A stretch of DNA of 64,000 nucleotides from a virus (IMGVR_UViG_3300014005_000001:6649-70648); one strand, 5' to 3'. Positions 27,787-37,260 are shown, counted from the stretch's first letter. Notes: a model not told the origin generated them from the sequence alone. Program-made: numbers and translations.

Positions 27787-28128
27787 ACGTCCGTTTATTT
27801 TATTTCTTTTCATAATAACACAAATTTCCCAAAATTCGGTCATGGAGTAGTCTGAAAGCTATTGAGAAAGTTGTAAAACCGCTGTACAGCAACGTTTTTT
27901 ATGTTACACGTAACCTCATATGCAATTCTGCATACGCTTTGCGGGATTACCCGCATGCATATTTTACCACAAAACCGAACTTTTGTTCTAACTAATTTTA
28001 TAATGATTCAAAAATAATCATTAGTATTTATAGATGTTTCTAAATTAATCGTTTTATCCAAATATATACCATTCACTTCTCTCGTTCGCTTATAATTGTC
28101 ACAGATTAAAAAGGGCGGTGAATAGTCA

Positions 28129-28446
28129 TTGCTGAGCGAACGACTTATATACTTTCGCAAGAAAAACAAACTAACTCAAAATGATGTTGCTTACCATCTA
28201 AATGTTGTTCGTTCTACTTATACCAATTGGGAAGCAGGACGATCAGAGCCGGATATAGCAACTCTTATCAAGATTTCTGATTTATATAATATTAGCCTGG
28301 ATAACTTGGTTGGTCGAGAATATCGTATTCCACCACAAATCGAGGTCATACTAGATCAAATTTCTAATTTAGATACAGAACCACAAAAGAAAGCGTTAAA
28401 TCTCTTAGTGGAATATACATACTTGGTAAAAAAGTATTTTACGTAG
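28129..28446 (+). CDS. XRE-family HTH regulator
   Basis: LTQNDVAYHLNVVRSTYTNWEAGRSEPD. Confidence 0.88.
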   Translation: MLSERLIYFRKKNKLTQNDVAYHLNVVRSTYTNWEAGRSEPDIATLIKISDLYNISLDNLVGREYRIPPQIEVILDQISNLDTEPQKKALNLLVEYTYLVKKYFT

Positions 28447-28758
28447 ACTTCACACCCCTTATTTTCAAGCGTAAACGTCTTTGGATATCAAGATAATACG
28501 AATCTATTATTAAGATTCAAAAGTGAAATACAAAGCGTTATGATGCTCGATATTTCAAAATAAAGATACAGGACTTGATTTCATAATAAAAGAAATCTTT
28601 TCCATTAACTAGTGGTAAAATTTTACAAAATATTACCGAATATGACAACGAGGGCTGTGACTCTCTTTTTTATTTTCGTTCGACAAAATCCGACATCCAC
28701 CGATTGAACTATCTTGTTATTATGTAATCATGTACTAAAATAAAATTGAGGTGTAAAA

Positions 28759-29055
28759 ATGGGATTATTCAGCTCTAAAAAACCAAAAACAATAACTGAA
28801 AATGAATTTTCATGGAAAGATAATGTAATAGAGATTACTGAAAGTGGTTATTTACAAAGTAGCGGTTTAATTAATATGGTACGTATTCCATTGCGTCATA
28901 TTGAGACTGTTACCTATTCCATCAACACTCTTAAACCATCTATAAATGTCGATTTACATATAATCGGCAAAGGGGTTGTACTAGGCACCTTAACGGTCGG
29001 TATTGATTTAAAAGATGAAATTCAAGATTGGTTATTAGATAAACTAGAAAAATAA
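28759..29055 (+). CDS. Hypothetical protein, possibly bacterial PH-like
   Basis: Beta-rich, IPLRHIETV motif, C-terminal helix. Confidence 0.5.
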   Translation: MGLFSSKKPKTITENEFSWKDNVIEITESGYLQSSGLINMVRIPLRHIETVTYSINTLKPSINVDLHIIGKGVVLGTLTVGIDLKDEIQDWLLDKLEK

Positions 29056-29217
29056 TTCATAAATAGGTTGTGGATAACCGTACTTATCCACAAAAAAAGA
29101 CCGTCATTTATTTGACGGTCTTCTCTTTTACTCTTCTTTTTTCAACAAAGTTCTGCTATCATAAAGTGGTAGATATATAAATTGCAAATGTAAATTTTTC
29201 ATATAAATTATAAAAAT

Positions 29218-29327
29218 AAAAAAACCCCGACGAAATTTTCAAAGGTTGATGTAAGTTTGGCCGCCTACTAAACCGATGAAAATTGGAACACGAGGTTTGT
29301 TATCACATATTCAAAAGTGCTATTTCT
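29218..29327 (-). ncRNA. Candidate copy-control antisense RNA of repA
   Basis: TTGTTA-17-TATCAT promoter (29362-29334); stem-loop ending ttcgtcggggttttttt. Confidence 0.5.
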
Positions 29328-29421
29328 ATTAATATGATAGCATAAAAAAATATGAATAACAATCCTCTAATTTCTTATACCCATTTTTTAGTCGGGGTAA
29401 AAAATTGGAGGATTTTTTGTT

Positions 29422-30525
29422 ATGACTCAAAGTAAAAAAGAACGCCGAATTAACGGTATGAAAGCAAGTACAGATTTATATTTTCAATTATTCCAGTACT
29501 TATTTTATGAACCAAAATATAGAGAACTAAGTAATAATGCTCGTGTCTTATATTCTATCTTACGTGATCGATACAAACTTTCATTACAAACTTCCCAAGT
29601 AAAAGATACTTTTATTGATGAAGACGGAAATATTTTCTGCATTCTAGATAACACTGAACTTAGTTATCTATTAACAGTATCAGAACCAACAGCAATTAAA
29701 GCGAAAAAAGAATTACATGCAGCTGCCCTACTTGAAGAAGTATCTGTAAAAGACGAAGCCAACCGTTTATATGTACTAGAACCGGAATTAACAACAGATA
29801 ACTGGACGTATATGTCTGAATTAGATGAGTTACGTAAGCAGAAAAAAGAAAAAAAAAATGAGCGAATAAAAAAACAAAAAGAAAAGAAAAAGGCTGAAAA
29901 AGCTCAAAAGAAAATCAACGAATCTCAATCATTAGTTGGTGACTTAAATAACTTTAGTCACCAGGAAAATGGGGATTCTGCAAAAAATGGTGACTTAAAT
30001 ATCTTTAGTCACGTGACTAAAGAATCTTTAGAGAATACAAAAGTATTTAATATACAGAACGATTTTAATTACTTTAGTAAGTATGTAGGTAAGAGTGTCC
30101 CTGATCTCATTATTGATTTTTATAATCAATATTTTAAAACAACTAAGTACGCAAAAATTGAATTAACTAAACTATGTGAAGAAGAAAATGCAGTATTAGT
30201 ATTTGAATCGATTAAACGCGCTATTGATGGTGAAGCAGATAAACCTATTGCATACATAAAGAAAACTATTACTAATTGGAATGCCGCTCATTGCGATACA
30301 TTTGAGGATATTCAAAAATACGAAGAAAAACATCGTAATAATAAAAAACAAATCAAAGCTAAAGGTAACTATAATCCCAAAAATAAAACGGTACGTAAAG
30401 AGATTGTTCCAGAATGGGTTGGTGAAGAAGAAAATACATCGTTAACTGGGGCAGACAATGGACAAGCATCTGAAGAAGAGCGTAAACGTTTAGATGACGT
30501 ATTAAAAAAATATAAAAGAGATTAA
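29422..30525 (+). CDS. repA: RepA_N-family replication initiator with DnaD-like C-terminal domain
   Basis: LSNNARVLYSILRDR..LS...FIDEDGNIF...KAKKEL; C-terminal AYIKKTITNW. Confidence 0.88.
   Translation: MTQSKKERRINGMKASTDLYFQLFQYLFYEPKYRELSNNARVLYSILRDRYKLSLQTSQVKDTFIDEDGNIFCILDNTELSYLLTVSEPTAIKAKKELHAAALLEEVSVKDEANRLYVLEPELTTDNWTYMSELDELRKQKKEKKNERIKKQKEKKKAEKAQKKINESQSLVGDLNNFSHQENGDSAKNGDLNIFSHVTKESLENTKVFNIQNDFNYFSKYVGKSVPDLIIDFYNQYFKTTKYAKIELTKLCEEENAVLVFESIKRAIDGEADKPIAYIKKTITNWNAAHCDTFEDIQKYEEKHRNNKKQIKAKGNYNPKNKTVRKEIVPEWVGEEENTSLTGADNGQASEEERKRLDDVLKKYKRD
29938..30031. repeat. Candidate Rep boxes/oriV inside repA
   Basis: Two GGTGACTTAAATANCTTTAGTCAC inverted units plus the perfect palindrome CTTTAGTCACGTGACTAAAG (30003-30022). 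Confidence 0.65.
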
Positions 30526-30548
30526 TATCATATAGAGGATGAATACGT

Positions 30549-31211
30549 ATGCCAAGAAAATTCAAATTTACTGAAGAAGAACAAATGCGTTTTAATCACT
30601 TTGTTACAACAGATGAATTTGCAGAAGTATTAGCTATTGCCTGGAGATACGGTTCCAAACGAAATGACAGTTTCTCAATAAGAAGTCAAAGAAAGTGGAT
30701 TGTTGCTCGTTTTTCAGAGCTGGTTGAAAGAAGTTGGTCTATAAGATATTGCGAATATGGAGGCGATGAACCTTATTGGGAAGGAGCAGTATGCTTAAAC
30801 CACCCTTTAGTGAATATGTTAGTTGAAATGGGATGGTCCCAAATCACCAAAGAAGAGCGATCTTTTCCAAAAGGCGAGTTTAATGAAATAGTATTTGTAA
30901 AGACTTTTATTCTACTATTGCACGATTTAGGAACGATTCGAGAAAAAAGAAAAGGTAGAATACTCGTTCGTCCACGATTGCGAATTCATGGGTCTGTAGA
31001 TGTATTAAATAATATTGGACGAGTCCTTCACAATCAATTGAATGTTGGTTTTAAAAAATTGCAAAGTGATCAAAAAGTCCCAAGAGCAAAGACAGTTTAT
31101 TTTCAATCTAAATTTGAAATACCTAAGATTTTAGAATTTGCTGGAGCAGCGGAATCGTTAGATAAATTTAATTCGCTTGATTTAGAATCTAGAGAATTAA
31201 TGACAATGTAA
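30549..31211 (+). CDS. Hypothetical protein, possible LAGLIDADG-like fold
   Basis: RPRLRIHGSVDVLNNIGRVL strand-helix pattern; weak. Confidence 0.4.
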   Translation: MPRKFKFTEEEQMRFNHFVTTDEFAEVLAIAWRYGSKRNDSFSIRSQRKWIVARFSELVERSWSIRYCEYGGDEPYWEGAVCLNHPLVNMLVEMGWSQITKEERSFPKGEFNEIVFVKTFILLLHDLGTIREKRKGRILVRPRLRIHGSVDVLNNIGRVLHNQLNVGFKKLQSDQKVPRAKTVYFQSKFEIPKILEFAGAAESLDKFNSLDLESRELMTM

Positions 31212-31503
31212 AATTTCACACACCGTAATAGTTTTATATATTTTAAAACTCAGTATATAGGGGATTTAAAGGAATCTTAGGGAGGACGAGCCTATGTCTT
31301 CCCCATCTTTCTACACGCATTTTATAGATTTAGCGAAGCCTTTGCGAAGACCGCGGAATTGCTTGTATAAATAATTTTAAAATTAATAAAATAGATTGTT
31401 TTAAAAGATATTAATCATAAAGGTGTCACCTTAGTAATATCATGTGTTGAAAAGGTAACACCCTAGTGTTACTATTTAAGAGTATTAATTAATAAAGGGA
31501 GAG

Positions 31504-32616
31504 ATGAAAATGTTAATAACAGCCGCTATTGATGCCGGAAACGATGCTTTAAAAGCTTTGTTTAATGGTTTTGAAAACAAATTATACATTCCTAACGTAG
31601 TTAAAGAAATGGAAGATAGACAAGTAATTGAATTAGGTGACGATCCACTAAAGGAATTACATGTACATATCACATCGTCAGCATTAAAAAAATCAGCAAC
31701 ATATGCAGTAGGTACTCTTGCTGCTAAAGAAAAACAAAGTGCTCAGATTCCTGCTACTGATTTAAAAAGCCAATCGGATCAAACAACTATCTTAATGTTG
31801 ACTGCATTAGCTTATGAAGCAGCTTCTAATAGCGACAAAGAAGTAATTGATGCAGAATTCTTATTATCTACTGGCCTTCCAGTTGATGAAGTTAAAGAGG
31901 ATAAACGCGCTGGATTTAAGAAAAAACTTTTAGATGGCACTCATGTTGTTGAATTTAAGAAAACACCTCATTTAGAAGGTAAAAAAGTACGTATCTCGTT
32001 TAAAGATATTTTTGTAAACGTTGAAGGATTCGCAGCAATGATTAATTTAACAATCAGCGAAGATTTAAAACCTCAAAATTCAGAGCTAAGACAAAAGAAC
32101 ATCTTAATTAATGATATGGGTGGTAATACTACTGATAAAGCAGTAATTCGTATGGGGCAAATTGACAACGAATACTCAAGTGGTTCTCCTTTAGGTATTG
32201 GTGAGTATTTAGACGCAATACGCAAAGAAGTATTCAGTACTTACCGTGTAGATGTATTCAAATCAAGAAGACAGCTCGTTGAAAATATGACTGCAAAACA
32301 TGAAGCTTATATTATTAGGCCACATGGTAAACCTGTTTCTTATTATGAAATAGCAGAGAGACATTTAAAAGAATTTGCTGTAAGAGAATACGGTGATCTA
32401 GTAGATAAATGGAAAGAAGTCGGGGATTTACATAGTATTCATAATGTTGGCGGTTCAGCAGCAATTGTTAAATCATTTTTAGAAGATATCAACAAAAATG
32501 AGAATCAATTCGAGATGCATTTCTTAGATACAGAAGAAAGCATTTGGAGTATTGCTAAAGCTTACTATAAGTTATTACTGATTATCGCCAAACAAAAGGA
32601 ATTAAGCCTTAATTAG
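31504..32616 (+). CDS. parM: ParM/StbA-family actin-like partition ATPase
   Basis: IDAGND, LSTGLP, VEG, NDMGGNTTD and VGGSA actin-fold motifs. Confidence 0.9.
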   Translation: MKMLITAAIDAGNDALKALFNGFENKLYIPNVVKEMEDRQVIELGDDPLKELHVHITSSALKKSATYAVGTLAAKEKQSAQIPATDLKSQSDQTTILMLTALAYEAASNSDKEVIDAEFLLSTGLPVDEVKEDKRAGFKKKLLDGTHVVEFKKTPHLEGKKVRISFKDIFVNVEGFAAMINLTISEDLKPQNSELRQKNILINDMGGNTTDKAVIRMGQIDNEYSSGSPLGIGEYLDAIRKEVFSTYRVDVFKSRRQLVENMTAKHEAYIIRPHGKPVSYYEIAERHLKEFAVREYGDLVDKWKEVGDLHSIHNVGGSAAIVKSFLEDINKNENQFEMHFLDTEESIWSIAKAYYKLLLIIAKQKELSLN

Positions 32617-32619
32617 TGG

Positions 32620-32979
32620 GTGGTATACATGAAAAAAATTAAAGATGTTCAGCCTGGTAAAACTTTTACTGTAAAAGTTCCAGTTGATGCAGATCAAAAA
32701 ACCTTAGATTTTTTGAATAAACACAGAGATATTTCAAGAAATAAACTTGTTTATTGGATATTAGACAAGGAAGCTAAGAAAGAAAACCATAAAGAAATCA
32801 CTATTCCTTTAAGTTTTTCATTAACAGCAGAGGAAAAAGAACAATTACTTAATCCAATGGCTGTTAAAGCTCTTGAAGCATTCGTTAAATCTTTGATAGG
32901 TGCGGAAGATATACCTATAAAAGAAGTCAAAGAAGAAATTAATATCGATGACTTCGCAGGTATGATTAATTACGAATAA
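32620..32979 (+). CDS. Putative ParR-like adaptor
   Basis: Small ORF co-transcribed after parM; RHH-like N-terminus. Confidence 0.55.
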   Translation: MVYMKKIKDVQPGKTFTVKVPVDADQKTLDFLNKHRDISRNKLVYWILDKEAKKENHKEITIPLSFSLTAEEKEQLLNPMAVKALEAFVKSLIGAEDIPIKEVKEEINIDDFAGMINYE

Positions 32980-33119
32980 CATAAATCGATAGTTATTTAA
33001 GAAAAATATAACCTCCCTCTTCTCTTTTAACCGTTTTTTCATGGAATATTGGAATTATGGAAAAGTGTCCCTGAGATAAACAAGAGAGAGGAGGTGATTT
33101 TTCGAAAGAGGGGAGCATC

Positions 33120-33500
33120 ATGAGTAATGTTAACCCTATGTTTGAACCTTCCAGAAAAACTACTACAATAACAAACCAACAACCTCGTAAAACTCGATCA
33201 GATAAAAAGAAAGATATAAAAATTCCAGTAAATGAAATTCAACGACAGTTAATAAGAACCTCGGCATTTCAACAAGGAATAACCACTACACAATATATGT
33301 CCAAATTACTCACAGAACATCTCAGAATCGATTATATAAGCGAAATACATGCGTATGAATATAAAGACACCAAAAAGTACATTCACGCGAAATTGGGGCA
33401 GGAAACGCACTCTAAGCTTGTCCAATTAGCTATTGAGTGGGGGTTGTCTCAACGAGCTGCAGCAACACGTATTTTATGCTTTGCATTACGCACCATGTAA
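33120..33500 (+). CDS. Hypothetical DNA-binding protein (RHH-like)
   Basis: KKDIKIPVNEIQ and YIHAKL repeated strand-helix pattern; strong RBS. Confidence 0.55.
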   Translation: MSNVNPMFEPSRKTTTITNQQPRKTRSDKKKDIKIPVNEIQRQLIRTSAFQQGITTTQYMSKLLTEHLRIDYISEIHAYEYKDTKKYIHAKLGQETHSKLVQLAIEWGLSQRAAATRILCFALRTM

Positions 33501-33511
33501 GGAGTGAACGT

Positions 33512-34042
33512 ATGTATAGTAAATACGATGTTATGACGAAAGAAATTCAACTTATGAGCGCTAGTAACTGGTGGGAACGGACTAAGATTGAATGGAAATT
33601 AAAAGAGAAGTATCGATTTGAAGTAAAGATGTTAAAAATCTACTTATTTCGAATGAACATAATTATTGAAGATATGGAAGAGGAAGATTACGAATGTACG
33701 GCAAGTGATTTAGCTGAAATTCTTGTTGAGGACTTCCTGGAACATATAAGGTCCAAGAATAGTATGGAGCAGCTATACCAAATTCTAGAGAGTAAAAAAC
33801 ACTATACGGATTTTGATTTGGAGTTTAATGAAAATGATGATCGGTACGGTACACTTTCTGTAAAAATTGATAGACGTACCTTAAGACGGATTGAAGTGTT
33901 TTTTTCGGATATGGCCCATAGCTACCCTATGCACGGATATACAGCCGATAAGCTGATTAACATCTTAATGTGTGACTACATGAAGTTTTATGCCGAAGAG
34001 CCTGGAAAAAAACTATCCTTATTGAAAAGACGTTTTTCGTAA
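33512..34042 (+). CDS. Hypothetical protein
   Basis: ATG at 33512 after AAGGAG (track start 33437 is probably too long). Confidence 0.6.
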   Translation: MYSKYDVMTKEIQLMSASNWWERTKIEWKLKEKYRFEVKMLKIYLFRMNIIIEDMEEEDYECTASDLAEILVEDFLEHIRSKNSMEQLYQILESKKHYTDFDLEFNENDDRYGTLSVKIDRRTLRRIEVFFSDMAHSYPMHGYTADKLINILMCDYMKFYAEEPGKKLSLLKRRFS

Positions 34043-34138
34043 AATATTGTCGCTCATGCACCATTTTTAGGCCCCTATTTTTAGGGGTTTATTTTTTGTG
34101 AAATTGGACATTACTGAGGATAACAATTTTCATAGGGA

Positions 34139-34372
34139 GTGAGAATGGTGTGGAGATTTCGTTCCAAAAGAACACCGCTAGGAAGATTTTTAGATAAACA
34201 TAGGATCGAACAAGAATGGCTAGTAAGAAAATCTGGATTGGGAAGAAATACTGTAGGGGATTTAGCTAATAATCCGGACAGATCACCGACACGAAAAACA
34301 ATGCAGAAGATATTAAAGGTGTTGAGAGAATTTGATTCAAGGGTTAAAGCGGATGATTTTTGGGATATGTAA
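34139..34372 (+). CDS. Small XRE HTH protein
   Basis: IEQEWLVRKSGLGRNTVGDLAN...TMQKILKVL. Confidence 0.8.
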   Translation: MRMVWRFRSKRTPLGRFLDKHRIEQEWLVRKSGLGRNTVGDLANNPDRSPTRKTMQKILKVLREFDSRVKADDFWDM

Positions 34373-34430
34373 GATAAGCCGCCCATAGGACGGCTCTTAC
34401 TTTTGTTCATAAAACTATTCTTTTGTTATA

Positions 34431-35147
34431 TTAAGCTTGCACTTGATATACGTCGCAATACCAACCTTTATAATCTTTGAAATACCATGTGATAGCACCT
34501 AATTTATTACGGTCGTCAACAGGTTCACATTGTAGATAGAAAATACCATCTGCTTCATAAACTAAGTTACCCTTCACTTTGAATTCGGCGAGTTTATCCA
34601 TAATTTCTTGAGCTAAACTAACTCCTAATCCGCCTGATCGCATTGTCCATTTCATATTATTACCTCCACCGTTATATGCATTTTGTACTCTTTCAATGAA
34701 GCTATTCCATCGTCCTTCGTCAAGCATACGATGAGGACAATACTTTCCACTCCACGATTGGTGTGTGCGAACTTTACTAATTGGAATATTGTACTGTTTC
34801 ATTAGTTGTGCTACAACGATAGCTGCATTATCTTCTGCCTTATAGTATTTATCTCCGCCACTTAAAGAGTAACAAATTTCAACCCCAATAGATTTACGAT
34901 TACCATTCCCGTTACCGTCGCCAGTATGCCAGGCGTTACGCTCTAAAGGAATTCCTTGTACAGCTTCCTTATCATCTACGGCAATATGAAACGATACTTG
35001 GTTATCATTGCGAATCATATAAGATACTTCATTTTCTGCTGTAGCATCGTTGTACGTATTGTGAACTGTAATGAATTCTGGATTCATTGTATACGGACAC
35101 TTTTTACCATATTTACTTGGATCAACTAATTTTTTTCTGATTTCCAT
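34431..35147 (-). CDS. Endolysin, N-acetylmuramoyl-L-alanine amidase (PlyG-like)
   Basis: ITVHNT, VSFHIAVDD, AWHTGDG, IGVEIC, HQSWSGKYCP; C-terminal binding domain. Confidence 0.93.
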   Translation of the reverse strand: MEIRKKLVDPSKYGKKCPYTMNPEFITVHNTYNDATAENEVSYMIRNDNQVSFHIAVDDKEAVQGIPLERNAWHTGDGNGNGNRKSIGVEICYSLSGGDKYYKAEDNAAIVVAQLMKQYNIPISKVRTHQSWSGKYCPHRMLDEGRWNSFIERVQNAYNGGGNNMKWTMRSGGLGVSLAQEIMDKLAEFKVKGNLVYEADGIFYLQCEPVDDRNKLGAITWYFKDYKGWYCDVYQVQA

Positions 35148-35572
35148 TATTGAACATCTCCCTTTTTCTCTTCTTGTTTTTGTTTTCCACCCAAAATTTC
35201 AACTGCATTTGTTAATGCTGAAGGTAAGGGAATCCCCATACGACCAGCGTTTTCTAAAAGTGAAAGTAACTCATTGCCCATGAAGAAGAAAATAGTCGCT
35301 TCACGAATTGCGCTGTTACTTCCCAGTGCTGAATCTAGTTGAGCGGCCGCCCCGACCAAAAGAAAAAGCACCACCTTTTTGGCGATGCCTTTGAAACCAA
35401 CTTTACTTTTTAATTCTCCGTTATATCCTGCTGCAATCATGCCAGTTAAATAATCAATAACTGCCATCGTCACTAAGATTTTCAATGTTGCATCCCATCC
35501 TCCCAAAAAATACCCACAGAAGCCACCAAATGTAGCTATAAATGCTTTCAGTAATACATCAATACGATCCAT
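35147..35572 (-). CDS. Phage holin (toxin secretion/phage lysis family)
   Basis: IDYLTG, GFKGIAKK and NELLSLLENAGRMGIPLP. Confidence 0.92.
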   Translation of the reverse strand: MDRIDVLLKAFIATFGGFCGYFLGGWDATLKILVTMAVIDYLTGMIAAGYNGELKSKVGFKGIAKKVVLFLLVGAAAQLDSALGSNSAIREATIFFFMGNELLSLLENAGRMGIPLPSALTNAVEILGGKQKQEEKKGDVQ

Positions 35573-35631
35573 CTTTCCCTCTCCTTTTTGGCCAAAATAA
35601 AAAGACCAGCCTATTAACTGATCTTTTTAGG

Positions 35632-36282
35632 TTATAAAATTTTATGTTTAATAAATTTTGTATAATCCTTAGTTATTACTAAAATATCAATAGGCCCTCC
35701 ACATGTTGACAGCCCTTCTTGAAATCTACAGTATTTAATAGTAAGATCTACAACAAATTCAGCAAGATCAGCAGCATCCTTAAGAGGCATCATTTTAAAA
35801 TCAATAGAAGTATTTTTTAACAGATTACTAGTGGCTTTAGGCTCTCCGTCCCACAAAACTCCATAAATAATGTCTTGTGATTCTGAATAGTTTTCTCGTT
35901 GCACTCCATCTTTACTTACTGAATACACATACGCTTCATCATTATCAAATCCAGCGACTTTAAAAAGAACATGATATGATGAGTATTTTTCTAACAAAAA
36001 CCCCTTAAGTTTAACTGCAACTTCCTCTACTGTATCATTTTCTTTAACTTTATCAATATCAAAAATACGTAGTAGATCAGAAACTGTCCTTCCTTCAATA
36101 ATTGCACTTCCACAAGTCGCTACACCTATAGTAGCTTTTCGTAAAAGAACAATCTTTTGTGCATTATCACTTAAAGTAAATAATTCTTTCGTTCCGTCAG
36201 GTAAATGATTTGTTATAGTTAACCTGCTATCTGCAGCCATAGCTATACCATCTGGTACATATACTGTTGTAATAATTGTCAT
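35632..36282 (-). CDS. Proteasome-beta-like Ntn hydrolase (moron)
   Basis: N-terminal (M)TIITTV..DGIAMAADSRLT, KI, VAGFD and C-terminal GGPIDILVITKD. Confidence 0.72.
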   Translation of the reverse strand: MTIITTVYVPDGIAMAADSRLTITNHLPDGTKELFTLSDNAQKIVLLRKATIGVATCGSAIIEGRTVSDLLRIFDIDKVKENDTVEEVAVKLKGFLLEKYSSYHVLFKVAGFDNDEAYVYSVSKDGVQRENYSESQDIIYGVLWDGEPKATSNLLKNTSIDFKMMPLKDAADLAEFVVDLTIKYCRFQEGLSTCGGPIDILVITKDYTKFIKHKIL

Positions 36283-36326
36283 GGGTATTTTACCTCCTAA
36301 TAATTCTAGGATTTCATCATACCATA

Positions 36327-36572
36327 TTATCCCATACTTTTTTTACTCGTACCCTTATACTTTACTCCACAGCAGGAATTCACATAATCAGGTCTATATT
36401 CCATATAAATTGTCCTATTACATGTAGGACAATTAAATATCTTTCTTGTATAAATATTATTTATTTTACTAGAAGTGTCACCAGTAGCTTGTTCTTCTTT
36501 TATTTCACTAATAATTTTCCCGCTATCTGCTGAATGTGCAGAATATTTATTACACCAATCATCTTTCCTCAT
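36327..36572 (-). CDS. Small Cys-containing protein (CPTC...SCC)
   Basis: 81-aa track ORF with GGAGG RBS. Confidence 0.55.
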   Translation of the reverse strand: MRKDDWCNKYSAHSADSGKIISEIKEEQATGDTSSKINNIYTRKIFNCPTCNRTIYMEYRPDYVNSCCGVKYKGTSKKSMG

Positions 36573-36611
36573 TTATATTCCTCCTTAGCACATCATATAG
36601 TTACTCTTTCT

Positions 36612-36821
36612 CTATAAATTGGATTTATTCAAATCCACTAAAAAAAGATCAGCTATTGTGCTCCTGCTTCCTTTTTTATCTGTCCATATCAAAATGCTAA
36701 AACATATAAACGCATATCCGAACCAAACATAGCAGTATTTAATCAAGTGTTGAAGTGGTGTCAGGTTAACCAAATCATAAAAGAATTGAACTACCATCAT
36801 TCCCTCTCCCTTATAAAACAT
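36612..36821 (-). CDS. Small membrane protein
   Basis: Hydrophobic central helix. Confidence 0.5.
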   Translation of the reverse strand: MFYKGEGMMVVQFFYDLVNLTPLQHLIKYCYVWFGYAFICFSILIWTDKKGSRSTIADLFLVDLNKSNL

Positions 36822-36891
36822 ATTTCTTTTTCTCTAGTCTTACAAAAGCCGTATTTTGTACAAAATAAAAAAAGACCAGCTATTGCTGCTC

Positions 36892-37260
36892 CTACTCTGT
36901 TTGTATGTTATTTTCATTAGTTGGTGTTGGCGGTTCTTGAGATGGATAATTCCCTGTAAGCGATGTATAACACTCTAAACAAATATTCTTTTTCGCAAAC
37001 CCCATATCTAGTGCGTACAGGCGAGCTCCACGTTTACATATTTCGCATCTTGTTGCAATACGGAAATATATCGTTCCATCCGTTTCTCCCCACACCTCTA
37101 CTTTATTAGTACCATATAAACCAGCATTGTTTAGCATATCAAAAGGAATTCGCACAAATACTCCGTATTCGTTTCTTTCTGAATCTACTAACCTACCAGC
37201 AAACGGAGCGCCTTGCCCTGCTTGTAAGGGATAACCTTGTAAATCTTTGTAATCATTCAT
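36892..37260 (-). CDS. Conserved phage protein (AbrB-like strands plus zinc finger)
   Basis: VRIPFDML...VEVW and CEIC...ICLEC; follows the tail spike gene. Confidence 0.6.
   Translation of the reverse strand: MNDYKDLQGYPLQAGQGAPFAGRLVDSERNEYGVFVRIPFDMLNNAGLYGTNKVEVWGETDGTIYFRIATRCEICKRGARLYALDMGFAKKNICLECYTSLTGNYPSQEPPTPTNENNIQTE

Noticed and set aside
34111-34410. Minus-strand 99-aa ORF
   Set aside because: Fully overlaps the better-supported + strand HTH gene
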